A DNA stretch of 64,000 bases from assembly GCA_951406725.2 (NCBI GenBank), contig OX597818.1:106702001-106766000 (forward strand), given 5' to 3'. How positions within the stretch are numbered: the first letter of the stretch is position 1; the number at the start of each line of letters is the position of its first letter. The position numbers and the translations under genes were made by a program. Below are positions 1-12,394 of the stretch, in pieces. Origin of the DNA: Octopus vulgaris (taxonomy: Eukaryota). Below the pieces are notes generated by a model. It saw nothing but the letters and a program-made list of their open reading frames with translations. It was not told the origin of the DNA and ran no database searches.

Positions 1-566
1 GAAGCAATGGAAGCATGATAACTCACAACCTCAGCAGGAAAGGTGATGCTCACAGTCTTTTGGGACCAGCGCGGAGTAGTGGTGATGGATTTTCTGGCAA
101 AGGGCAACACAGTTAACGGGGCATGTTATGTTTTTCTGCTGCAGAAATTGCGGGACGCCATCAAATCAGAGGCGTAGCATGCTGACCAAAGGAGTCCGCC
201 TCCTCCAAGACAACAATGCGCATGTTCCCCAGATGAAAGTACACTCCTGTGGCTATGAAATCCATCTTTATCCCTCTTACTTTCCCAACCTCGCATCATC
301 TGACTTCCACCACTTTTCAACCATGAAGTCTTTTTTGTAGGCGAAGCACTTTTCGGATGATGGTAAACTTATTTCCGAGATAGAATCTCGGCTCCAGACG
401 CACCCAACCAACTTCTACAGACGAGGTCTTCAAAGCTGCATAAAGCAATAGAAGTGTTTCACCATTGGTGGTGGCCATGCAGAGAAGGACTAATAATGCC
501 AAGTTTCGTTTATTCCAGTTCTTGGAAAGTGGGTCTGGGGGAAATATTTAAAGAAAACCCCTCGTG
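1..566 (+). mobile_element. Mariner transposon, 3' part (decayed transposase and right end)
   Basis: Translates as SAGKVMLTVFWDQRGVVVMDFL..., LLQDNNAH and YFPNLASSDFH (mariner DDD-domain motifs) with frameshifts and stops. Stop at ~494; TIR-like end aaaacccctcgtg at ~566. Truncated by the window start. Confidence 0.9.
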
Positions 567-574
567 TTTGTGAG

Positions 575-1002
575 CATATAGGAGCATATAAAAAAATATA
601 TAATATATATCATGTAAAAAAATAAAAGTTCATCGTTTAGTAATATTATTAAATAATTATTCAGGTAAAAGAAGCCTTATAGTTAAGAAGGGAACCATAT
701 TTACTTATCCCTATGGCCATTTCAGGGGTGTATTATGTTTAAAGCACTAGGGTGCATCCAGATAATACCTCCTTCGTCAGGGGAAAAATATATATAAACA
801 TAAAGATAGACATCGTAACGTACCAAGCCAGCACAATGATGTTTGCTTTCCTATTGAGGCATTCATGCTCGGATAGCCCAAAGGAGAGAGATAAGTAAAT
901 ACGGTTCCCTTCTTAACTATAAGGCCTCTTTTACCTGAATAATTATTTAATAAGATTTCTAAACGATGAACTTTTATTTTTTTTACATGATATATATTAT
1001 AT

Positions 1003-1066
<64 letters not shown>

Positions 1067-1454
1067 TATATATTTTTATATACCTATATATTTTTATATA
1101 TTACTTATATTATATTTTTACTTTCTACGTCTTTTTAAAAAAAATGTATTTTTTCTGAATCGCTAAAATATTAACTCTAAATTTTGATGAAGAAAAAAAA
1201 GATTTTTTCTCGCACCTTATTATTATTATATGCTTGTCTGCTTATACAGATGAATTATGTTCCATCTTGCGGGATGTTTATATGTATATTCTATGATTAA
1301 ATGTTCGAATTATGAAATGATATGCGGATGACCTTGCATTTGTTTGTTCAATAATTTTAGTTTGATATTTTTGTCTCTTTCAATAGAGCACTTCTATAGC
1401 AGTCCTATTAATCTTTTTGTTCCTCACAGGAAACAATCACTGTATTATTGATAT

Positions 1455-1457
<3 letters not shown>
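575..1457. mobile_element. Penelope-like (PLE) fold-back insert: ~125-bp inverted arms, hammerhead in the spacer, AT-rich tail, (TA)n flank
   Basis: 588-711 is the reverse complement of 888-1012 (e.g. aagaagggaaccatatttacttatc / gataagtaaatacggttcccttctt). The spacer holds a hammerhead core. The tail ends at the (TA)n beginning ~1458. Confidence 0.7.
708..784 (-). ncRNA. Minimal type-I hammerhead ribozyme
   Basis: Minus strand reads tccc-CTGACGA-aggaggtattat...ataatacacccct-GAAA-tggcca-TA-ggga. Stem I tccc/ggga, long stem II, palindromic stem III (atggccat), AUA cleavage triplet. Confidence 0.8.
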
Positions 1458-1548
<91 letters not shown>

Positions 1549-1854
1549 GTGTGTGTGATTGTGTATAGAAGAATATATTAATAAAAAAGAATTCCAACCT
1601 TGTCTGATTTTCACGTTTTATTTACAATCTTATAATGATATATTATAAGATAATATATTATAATTGAATAAAATAAAATGAAATAGTAGAATGTTAAATA
1701 TTCATTCTGATTGAACTAGTACTTTCATGCATTGAATTCTGCAATCTTCGGGTTCATGTAGTAGTGTTGACAGTCATGCTTCACAATTTTTGACTGTATA
1801 TATATATATACACATATAACACATATATACACATATATACACATATACACATAT

Positions 1855-1897
<43 letters not shown>

Positions 1898-1902
1898 CAC
1901 AT

Positions 1903-1955
<53 letters not shown>

Positions 1956-2109
1956 AATATATATATATACACACATATATATATATATACACACATATAC
2001 ATATATATACACACATATACATAAATATATATATGTACATACATACATATATAAGCACGATTTATTCGTGATCAGAGGCGTTCGTAAACCGATGTTCTAT
2101 TATATATAA

Positions 2110-2169
<60 letters not shown>

Positions 2170-2182
2170 TTGTGTGTATGTA
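1458..2182. repeat. (TA)n/(CA)n/(TG)n microsatellite field enclosing a ~250-bp insert (1547-1797)
   Basis: Direct inspection. The insert end (acagtcatgcttcacaatttttgactgta) loosely resembles the ends at ~4248 and ~12056. Confidence 0.85.
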
Positions 2183-3106
2183 TAGGGGGAGATATAGGGA
2201 GGTAATCACAATACATGAACTGATAGGACCTTAGACTCTCAGGTGACAACAGTTCATATACAGCCGCCCTGTCAACCATTTAAAAGCTTTTCAGTTCACT
2301 TCTGCACAAGACTTCATTGTGACAAAGATTTTTGGATTTATTTATTTACGTTGTTTGTATGAAATGTGAAACTATTGCTCCAAACACATGGATCTGACAT
2401 TTGTTTCACTACCAATATTTGATGCTGATTTTTTTTCTCACGACGTTGTGATTTTATATTAAGACACAGTTTTTAGTATACTAAGATTTAGTGAATTAAG
2501 ACTAAATTACCATTTTTACAAAGTATGCTATTAAATTGATGCCGGTGCCAGATTTGGAATCAAGATGTTATTTTTACGTAGTTGTGATTTGTATTAAAAG
2601 TTAGATATAAGGAAAAGAATCGTAAGAAAGTAACCCAAGATATTCACCGCTTTGACACGAACAATCGTAGGACGGAGATTGATGGACACGTCTGACCTCA
2701 AGTGATATTTTCATCGAAGGAAACGCAGACGACATCACCAATATTGTGGTTAGCGGCTCAGTTTCGCCAAACAACTCGGTCGTCACAGATTTGAAAATGT
2801 AATTTCCCCACAAGTGGCCATACTTAGAGGCTGAGAGCTTTAACTTGTTACATTTTACATTGCAAAGTGTTACTCGTGATATTAGCGTCAAAAACTGTGA
2901 TTTTAGATCAACATATTATTTTCACATTTTTGTGACTTTCTTATCTGAAGTGATTCGGATGAACTAATTACTCTTTTACTCGTTTCAGCCATGCGGTCGT
3001 GGTCATACTGGAGCACTACCGTGGTCTTTCTGACTTCCTCAGTCTGGGAAAGACCATGGTGGTATTCCATAGGAGGAAAGAACGTAAATTATATATATAT
3101 ATATAT

Positions 3107-3338
3107 AAATTAATTGTTATCGCCATATTAATATGGCATTCTTATAGATATAAGAATAATCGCTGCCGCTGGTCAGCTCCATGAGGCCACCGCCATCAAG
3201 ATAGCATCATGGAGCTGACCAGCGGCAGCGATTATTCTTATATCTATAAGAATGCTATATTAATATGGCGATAACAATTAATTTCCAGTAAACGCTGCCG
3301 TAATCTCTTTTATAGAGACTTAGTAATTTTAATATTTC

Positions 3339-3341
<3 letters not shown>
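3107..3341. mobile_element. (TA)n-flanked fold-back insert (78-bp arms, 22-nt loop, short tail), probable PLE terminus
   Basis: 3107-3184 vs 3207-3284 are reverse complements with one mismatch; (TA)n on both sides. Confidence 0.65.
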
Positions 3342-3378
<37 letters not shown>

Positions 3379-3415
3379 GAATGGAGCTGAACGATGAATT
3401 AACAAAATTCCTTTA

Positions 3416-3498
3416 TTTTCGACATATGTTTCGAAGGCTGCATATTCCTAATTGCGAAGGAATAAGGAGTACATTATGCCGCTTTCTCATCAGGAAAA
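3416..3498 (-). ncRNA. Type-I hammerhead ribozyme (GUC site)
   Basis: Minus strand: ttttc-CTGATGA-gaaagcggcata...tatgcagccttc-GAAA-catatg-TC-gaaaa. Stem I ttttc/gaaaa; palindromic stem III acatatgt. Confidence 0.85.
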
Positions 3499-3547
3499 GC
3501 AAGGAACTTATGTCAACATCATTTTGACGTTGACATAAGTTCCTTGC

Positions 3548-3630
3548 TTTTCCTGATGAGAAAGCGGCATAATGTACTCCTTATTCCTTCGCAATTAGGA
3601 ATATGCAGCCTTCGAAACATATGTTGAAAA
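3548..3630 (+). ncRNA. Type-I hammerhead ribozyme (GUU site)
   Basis: CTGATGA 3553-3559, GAAA 3614-3617, catatg, TT, gaaaa 3626-3630. Mirror copy of 3416-3498. Confidence 0.8.
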
Positions 3631-3832
3631 TAAAGGAATTTTGTTAATTCATCGTTCAGCTCCATTCTTTCATATATTTATATATTTAAAATAAACATAC
3701 AAATTTCCACACGAAAGCACGTAATCTATGCCCTAGGCACGAAACTTCAACCGTGTTTTTTCTGATGTGAATTTGCTACCCAGGTATCGGTTAATTAGAA
3801 TTATCCATAATAAGATAATTCATTCAACTACT

Positions 3833-3897
<65 letters not shown>

Positions 3898-3902
<5 letters not shown>

Positions 3903-4244
3903 AAAATGGAGAAACAAATTAAGTTTGTTCATCAACTTACGGATATCATAATGTTAGATTATTTATTCATTTTACAAATGAGCATTTGTAAAATGAATAA
4001 ATAATCTAATATTATAATATCCGTAAGTTGATGAACAAACTGAATTTGTTTCTCCATTTTCTTATTTGTATTATAAATTTACGGTAAAAATATTTCTTTA
4101 CCTTCACCCGTTTAATACAATAAATGAATTAATAGCATTGCAATTGAAAACATTTATGCGTTAAGAATTTGGGTACTTCACCAACAGTATATTTGATAAC
4201 TGATATCCCATAGTGGGTTACAGCCATAACCCCTATCTTACTTT

Positions 4245-4248
<4 letters not shown>
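3898..4248. mobile_element. (TA)n-flanked fold-back insert (83-bp arms, 2-nt loop, ~185-bp tail)
   Basis: 3898-3980 vs 3983-4065 with 3 mismatches. The tail is homologous to 12056-12254. Confidence 0.7.
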
Positions 4249-4296
<48 letters not shown>

Positions 4297-4299
<3 letters not shown>

Positions 4300-4725
4300 A
4301 TAAAAACGATATTTAAATATCGATCTTATCAAGTGGCCAGCATGGGAATAAATACGATACAAAGGTAATAATTATTTAAAACTATAAATTAGGGTATCTG
4401 AGAGATACCACCATGCTGAAATAGCAGTCAAAACCCTGACCCTAAAGCCACCTAAAATATTCATATAGCGCTAGGAAAGACAGAGACGAAATAAACTAGC
4501 AAAAAAAGATTTTTCTGGATAATATATATAATCATATCAAAGGGAAATGGAAATTAATAGAAATTTTCATTTCCAGTGACCTAGCGTGTAAAAATTTAGT
4601 CCAAAGACTATGTATTAGTCACAAAATACAGTGTACATTTAAACACATAAGAGGAATCCACTAGCTGTTCTTTCTAGCGTGTCGAATCCCACGAGTGGAT
4701 TCCTTATGTGTTTAAATGTACAATG

Positions 4726-4763
<38 letters not shown>

Positions 4764-4781
4764 CAGTGTACATTTAAACAC
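4297..4781 (-). mobile_element. (TA)n-flanked fold-back insert in the opposite orientation (~37-bp arms, long tail)
   Basis: 4625-4662 vs 4694-4729 are inverted. A third partial arm copy lies at 4760-4781 after (TA)n. Confidence 0.6.
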
Positions 4782-4801
4782 ACACACATATATATATATA
4801 C

Positions 4802-4846
<45 letters not shown>

Positions 4847-5513
4847 CCTTTGTATATTTTAATTACTTTCGCAAAATGTGAATGTGGACTGTAGCGTAGC
4901 ACACGCATATACATGTACGTCCTAGATAGACATAGATAGATGAACGTAGATGCGTTTATATTTAAGCATACATTTTCGTGGCAATAAAACTTTTGAAATT
5001 TGTTTACAAAATGTTAGAGTTATTAAAATCAATTATATAAAATAATCTAAGTATGTTTTTAATGCGGCCTTGTCGGATAAGTTAGAATCAATGCGGCTTT
5101 CCAACAGAAAAACCGTTCTCACTCTTTGACTTTGATGCTATTGTTACTGGTTTCATAATGCTGTAATTTTGTATCCAATTGCTATTTTACATATGCTGTA
5201 ATTTTAGATTAGTGGTTCGACACACAACAACTGCTGCAATGCTTGGGCACGTCGTTAGAGTTGTTTACCGGAATTGCTGGGTTCTTTCGGTTCTTATAAT
5301 ATACACCATCATCGAAGAGACCCAAAGATATTCGTGCATTATAATCAAAGAATGTCCCTTTTAGAAAATATTGTCATAGGTACAACCATTCAACAAAAAA
5401 CACAAACCATTGCAATCAAATTATCGCGCGCAGTTATCAAATTCTGAACCGAAACTCTGAATTAGTCTCTTCCTGCAAACACGAAATCTTCAAAACACTA
5501 TGACATATTTACT

Positions 5514-5928
5514 CTTTTTCTTTTTACTCTTTTTACTTGTTTCAGTCATTTGACTGCGGCCATGCTGGAGCACCGCCTTTAGTCGAGCAAATCGACCCCG
5601 GGACTTATTCTTTGTAAGCCCAGTACTTATTCTATCGGTCTCTTTTGCCGAACCGCTAAGTGACGGGGACGTAAACACACCAGCATCGGTTGTCAAGCAA
5701 TGCTAGGGGAACAAACACAGACACACAAACATATTCACACACACTTATATATATATATATATATACGACAGGCTTCTTTCAGTTTCCGTCTACCAAATCC
5801 ACTCACAAGGCATTGGTCGGGCCGGGGCTATAGCAGAGGACACTTGCCCAAGATGCCACGCAGTGGACTGAACCCGGAACCATGTGGTTCGTTAGCAAGC
5901 TACTTACCAACAGCTACTCCTGCGCCTA
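5514..5928 (-). mobile_element. tRNA-derived SINE, family A (full length)
   Basis: Head ggcgcaggagtagctgttggtaag...ggttccgggttcagtcc (A/B-box-like), CORE-like ttgggcaagtgtc, internal microsatellite, tail tgactgaaacaagtaaaaagag. Close copies at 33227, 35190, 49733 and 63296; fragment at 2969-3020. Confidence 0.9.
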
Positions 5929-7149
5929 TATCAAACCAATTTTTTTTTCAAATGGATTAATATGACAATACCTCACCCACTTTTCTTCCACCTCATCACT
6001 ACAGACTATCCTCACAGTTCACATAAGCATTAAAACAATTGCTTTCCACTAAACCAGCGCAGTAGAAATTATCTAAAAGTTCTTCAACTTTCAACCAAAC
6101 TCGAGATTTCTCAAAAGTAGCTGTCCCCTCGAGCACAATCCTTCTCCATACACATATGCAGTGATGTTGGAGGATTAACCTGGCTTAATTAATTTTTCTG
6201 CATTTATTTTAATGTTATGCATAAGGATATGCGCGCATTTTTATTATGTTCCACATTTGCGTTTATTCATTGGTTCAAAATAATATAAATACCATTACTA
6301 CTGCCTAAGCTTGAAACTGGATAATAGAAATATTTATAAACACAGAGTCCGTAAACTTGGCGTCCTCAAAACACAATGGTTTAATTTTCTAAACAGTAAT
6401 CAAATAGCATAAAGAAACATTGGCTCCTAATGAGATATCTGCTGAAAAATTAACATTTTCTGAACCTTAAAACACAAGCTGAACGAAAGTCTGTGCTAAA
6501 AATAAACACATCCAAATAAACACACCTAATAGCAAACACTTACTTGCTTGGCTGAACTCTGAAAAAAACTTCCTCATTCTGAAACAAACAGGTTAAATCT
6601 CGCATTAGTGTTCAAATAAAATGAATAACATCTAAACCTAGTGATACATCTGTTGACGAAATAACCTTTTCACTTACCTACTTTTTTCTGTGGACCCTCA
6701 AAGGATAACTGCAAGATCTGAAGTTGAAATATAAACACACCTGGTAACAACGTTATACATGCATGACTAAATTTTGAACAATAACACAAATACAACTCCA
6801 AATTTCATCTTCAATAAATCTTTCCATCAGAACCTACCCTTCAACTGAATTGCCATTCAAAAGAACTCCACCTATCACAGAAAAAATAAATTTGCCAAAA
6901 AACTATATAAAGCCAAGCGGAACTCAAATATAACACAGTCCAATTAAAGCTAAGGAAGCCGAAAATTTCGAAGTCACAGTTACGACTATTCTTGCTAAAG
7001 AATAATGTGTGTGTATGTGTGTGTGTGTGTGTGCATTATTGAAACTCATAGTTTCAATTTAAAAAAAAAAAAATATCCTCATGAACATTATTTGTCCGAC
7101 ATAAAATAAAGTACATGTATGTATGTATGTATGTATGTATGTATGTATG

Positions 7150-7180
<31 letters not shown>

Positions 7181-7553
7181 GTGTGTGTGTGTATCTACCG
7201 ATGATGTACAAGTGAGGAAGAAAGACAAGAGGAAAGAAAAAATTCTAGGTTTTATAAGTGTGGTTTGAGTTTTCGATTTCAATGAAATGATCGCTTTGAA
7301 GTTCCAGTAGCATTTGCGAATGGGAAAATGTTCACAGATTTTGAACTCCTATGTGTTTGCCAAACGATGGATTTAATAAATTTTGGAATATGTTTTGTTT
7401 TTTTCCGAGACAGAAAAAGAACATCTTGTGCTGAATTTTTAAAAATATTTTAACAATTTAGTACAGAAATTTAACGATATGTACATTTATACACACACAC
7501 ACAATTATGCACAAATATATATATGTATATATATATATATATATATGTATATA

Positions 7554-8462
7554 CTAGCTGATGTACCTGGTAATTCCTGGGAAAGCGGGGCTTATCCCTT
7601 GGTTCCATTCTCATAATTGTTTCGCTAATCCAATGACAAATACAATACAAAGTATGTAGCACGGTTTTTGTGCCTTTACAGAGAATACCGAACTGTCTTA
7701 CACAGGATCATGTTTTTAGGAATTCCCAATAAGTTATGAATACTCGAAATTGTGAAGTCAGTTATGTAATAACATGAAATTAGTTACCTAATAGTAAGAA
7801 TTCAAATAAAGTAGCTCCACAAAAGGGTTTTAATGCGTTCTCAGAGTATATAAAACATAAGAGGAAATACTAATAAGGTATGTATACTAAAATCGTGAAG
7901 CATGTTACATAATAACAGGCTAATCAGGTATGAGATAATAACAATTCAAAGTAAACAACTCTGAAAAGGGCTTTTGTGCGTTCCCAGAGAATATTACCCT
8001 CAGCGGCACTAGTGTTGGTATATTCGTGAATAAGTCACTAACCGAAATAAGTGGATCTATTGTTTAGGAAAATACTATTTACTTGTTTAAGCATTGTACT
8101 GGATAAATTGCATAACTCTGATAGTTCAAATACTGAGAAATAAGAATACTCAATTTCATTTTTGCCAAATAATTTAGGAAAATGAATGGGTTATTTCCCT
8201 TGGCTATATATATATAAGGATCCTTTCAAGGGAGCGAATGGGTTATTTTGCTTGATTTTTGAAATAATATATTAGATATATATAAGGATACATTCCAGGG
8301 GCTCCATTATCGATTTTTTCAAGAATCTGAGTATGTCATGAGGTTTCCAGACATGAGTGCTACTCACGAGTCAAGTTTCATCAAAATAAAACAATGTAGG
8401 CGGAGTTAGCTAACAACTCCACAAACACACCCACAGACAGAATTTCCCACATATGTAGTAGA
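7554..8462 (-). mobile_element. Non-autonomous Helitron-like element
   Basis: The minus strand starts TC (8462) and ends CTAG (7554), inserted between A and T. Degenerate GC hairpin (cccaggaattaccagg) near the 3' end; internal ~140-160-bp degenerate repeats. Confidence 0.6.
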
Positions 8463-9015
8463 TATATACATACCCGCGCCCCCCCACATATATATGTCTA
8501 TTGATGTGTATATGTGTGTATGTGTATGTGTGTGTTGTCAATGTACTGCTTTTGCTTAACTGATGCAAACAGTACTTTTAATAAGCTTGCATTTTATTTT
8601 TAATTTTTACTAAATACAGTCGCTCAGTCAGACGTAGAGCAGAAGAGGAGGGAAAATGAAATTACAAGTGTCTATAATACATCAAATGCTTTAAAATTTC
8701 AGCGAGGATACCCTACTACATTGGGAAAGAAAGTCAAAAGCAGCCAATAACGTTTTTGAACGGAAACTTGTTTAGAGATTTTGATTTTGCAAAAGCTTGC
8801 TAAACAAAGTCTGTACAATGTGTAATGGATGAATTTAACGGGAGAAATTCCACAAATATTTGAAGTCCTCTAATAAAGGTTTTGCTGGGAATATGGCAAG
8901 TATCAACAGTAAACTTCATAAACAATATGTTGTGGAATGTGATATAAATTATACATGAAAAATGTACACTTTCTCATCCTTAATTCATTTTGTGGGTGTG
9001 CATGCATGTGTATAT

Positions 9016-9070
<55 letters not shown>

Positions 9071-9624
9071 ATATATATATATACACACACACACACACAT
9101 CTTTATGGATACACATGTATGTATGCACACACAAATATATGTGCGTATATGTGTGCATGTGTGTACCTCTATACAGGAACGCATAGAAATATTAATTGTA
9201 TTTCAATGAACATCCATTTAAACTCCCAGAAATCTGAGAAAGGTAATTCTCTTTATTAAAGAGAAAGATTATAGTTGTAGATATTCACAGATTTGATTTG
9301 ATTCAGATTTTCTTGTATTTTGCGGCATTTTTGTAGTAGCGTTATATGACAACTTAATGTATATTAAACACACCTGCAGGGAAGATTCCGTGTGACAAGA
9401 CAGTGTGTCATATATATTCCATAAGATGAATGCAGAGAAGGAAGTAAAAAAAAAAAAATCAATGAGTTTAGTTTTTATATGAAGAGAAAAATGACGATGA
9501 CGACAATATCAATGATGATAATGATGGTCGTGATGCTGCTGCTGCTGCTGCTGATGATGATGATAGTGATGATGGTATAGATGATGATGAAAATGATAAC
9601 AAAACTATAACAACAATAATAATG

Positions 9625-9830
9625 TTTCTAATTTTGGCTTAAATGTTTAGTGAAGGCGACGAGGCGATTACATCGACCCCAGTATTTGACTGGTACTATA
9701 TCTTATCTACTGTGAAAGGATGGATGCAAAAGTTGATCTCAGTGGGATTTGAACTCAAAATGTAAAGATTTATAACAAATACTGCAAAGCATTTTTGCCA
9801 GATGCTTAACGATTCTGTCAATCCAATGCC
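9625..9830 (-). mobile_element. SINE family B (Meta-domain-like), decayed
   Basis: Reverse complement matches gagttcaaat...cctttc...agtaccagtcaaatactggggtcgatg as seen at 37230-37430. Confidence 0.75.
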
Positions 9831-11057
9831 ACCCTAATAAAAAGAATAGCGATGATAATGGTGATGATGACAATGGTGATGATGACGATGACGACGACGA
9901 TGATGATGATGATGACGGTGATGATGATGATGATCCTCTCTACTAAAGGTACAAAATTTGAGGGGAGGTGACTAATTGATTACACCAACCCCAGTGAAAA
10001 TGGGAAGTCAGACTTGATTAAATTGATTTCAACACAAGCCTGTTGTTATTCAATCGTCTTTAAAAGGTAAAGTCTCTTCTGGAAGAATTTGCTGTCAGAA
10101 CAACTTCATTACTTTAACCCCAGCATTTCACTGGTATGTTAATGCAAAATTGAATTCTTATATTATTGAACTACAAAACAAAACCTCCAAACAATTAACC
10201 ACTTGCATCAAGCAACCGATTATTTACATAAAATAAAGGAGTCACTTTCACAGGATTGAGCCATTGTAATTGCTGTAAATGCAAGTCTATTGAGGTAAGT
10301 CCCTGTTGGAGTGAGATAAACTAATAATAATAATAATAATAATAACGCATCCAATTGCTCTCTCTCCATTTTAAGTCAGTGTTAAGTGAAGGCACCGAAA
10401 AACTTGATCCCAAAATAAGAGTCTTTATAGAAAAATCCCAGAATTCAATGGCATCAAACCAGCGACATTTTCGTTTTAACAAGATATTCATTCTGCTGAG
10501 ATATTTGTTAGCCATTTTAAGAACATGATGAGGAAGGTGATACTGACGATGATGACAATGATGATGAGAACGATAATTTATGGTGATGATAAAGGTGATG
10601 ATAATGATGGCTCTGTGTTACTTTCTTTTTTTCCCGCTGGAAGCTGTTTCATGTTATTGAATGTTATTCAAACTTGAGTAAGTGTATTCAAGGTCTTAAG
10701 CAGATCAAATCAGACCTGCAGCCACTATTGCATTTGTCAAATGCATGAATAAGATTGGACTATCTGAAATATGGATATATTGGGAGTTGATAAAATAATA
10801 GATTTCCAGCATATTTCTCTACATTACATCATTTTACCATTCATGCAGAATACTCAGAATTATTGCTGTAAACCACAGAGTTAAAAAAAACAGATCAAAA
10901 TCAAATGAATATGTATAGAAAACACAGATAAATGCATAGATTTGTCTGTTTCCCTAAAACAAGTGTACAGTTTGTTGGATACACTGCAATATCAATGAAA
11001 TAAATATACATAGAGATACAGATAATATCAACAAATATATAAATCTATATATATGCA

Positions 11058-11088
<31 letters not shown>

Positions 11089-11270
11089 GCATACATATAC
11101 ATACATATATACATACATACATATGCACATACATATATATACATACACTGACTTATACACACACATATGTAGAATAATATCAAGAAAACATACACATAAT
11201 ATCGATTAATATATCACCCATTAACACACACACACACACACACACAAAATTAGTATATTATCAACAAAAA

Positions 11271-11326
<56 letters not shown>

Positions 11327-12055
11327 GCACATATTTATATATACATGTATATATTTAGATATAACATGAATATCAAAATTATAGTCTGTTATATGGAGAA
11401 GCATAGCCATGTAGTTAAGAAATTTGCTTCTCAGTTTTGTGGTTGTGGGTTTGATTCCTTACCAAAGTGTCATAGATGTGAACCTTGGCTTAACCAAAGC
11501 TATAAAGTAGAAAGAAATTATGAGAAGACGTGTTGGATATATAGAGTAAAATGACAAGGAAAAAGCTGATTATGATCAGCATGTACCCAGTGCCAAATTT
11601 TATGGCAGTTTAAACCTTAACATATCAAAGAAAAGCAACAGAAAGGAAGAAACAATAAAACTGTTGCGTAGAAAATGACTGCATTTATTTCAGAGACAAA
11701 CCAGCTCCTGACAAATTGTCCAACTCATGCCAGCATGGAAAGTGGAAGCTAAATAATGATGATGATGATGATGATGCCACTCTTTCTCTTATCTGCTTCA
11801 CTCTACCCTGTTGTATGGTAATTTCTTTTCTGATATCTCTCACAGGGTCCTTCCACTCACAGATGGAGCAGAGTCACAGAATGTGTGGTGGAATTTTCCA
11901 CCATGTATATTTGTGTGTGAGTGTGTCTTTACATGTATCCTTGTATTAAATGAGAATACATCTATCTATCTATCTATCGATCCATCAATCGATCGATCCA
12001 TCCATCCATCTATCTATCTATCCCAGTCTCTCTCTCTCCCTCCCTATATATATAT

Positions 12056-12254
12056 ACAAATTGAGATAGGGGTTGTAAATGCAACCCTCCATGGGATAAC
12101 ATATATCCAATATACTGCTAGTGAAGTACCCAACAAAGTTAATACATAAATGTTAAGGATTGCGATGCAATCAATTCATTTACTGTATCATATGGGCAAA
12201 GGTAAAATGATTTACCACAGATGTATTTCTCCATTTTCTTATCTTGTATATAAA
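12056..12254 (-). mobile_element. (TA)n-flanked insert related to 3898-4248, with a terminal inversion
   Basis: 12056-12217 is a diverged reverse complement of 4083-4248 (gataggggtt..., gtgaagtaccca). 12226-12254 (tttctccattttcttatcttgta) is a direct copy of ~4049-4077. Confidence 0.65.
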
Positions 12255-12394
12255 TATATATATATTATACAGAGAAGAAAGTAATATTTTGAATGCAGTA
12301 TTGCCATGAAAACAGCAGAAAAATTGGGTATTTTTCCCTTTGCAAGATGGGGAAAAAAGTTGTCAACAAATAGCCATATATATATATATATATA

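Larger units (their letters stand above)
3374..3836. mobile_element. (TA)n-flanked PLE fold-back insert (144-bp arms) with a hammerhead in each arm
   Basis: 3374-3517 vs 3529-3672 are reverse complements with one mismatch. AATAAA follows the ribozyme. A ~165-bp tail runs to (TA)n. Confidence 0.8.

Noticed and set aside
1725-2058. Long YI/CV/LSIY/poly-residue ORFs here and at ~18276, 19855, 30461, 36011, 51484 and 53196
   Set aside because: Translations of microsatellites and polypyrimidine tracts, not genes.
2601-2891. CpG-rich 96-aa ORF
   Set aside because: No recognisable motif or splice structure; probably an unclassified repeat.
3019-3060. Hairpin with CTGAGGA..GAAA on the minus strand
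   Set aside because: Only 5 nt between core halves, so no stem II, and no stem I pairing.
6280-7000. A-rich tract resembling a decayed LINE ORF
   Set aside because: No motif I could name with confidence.
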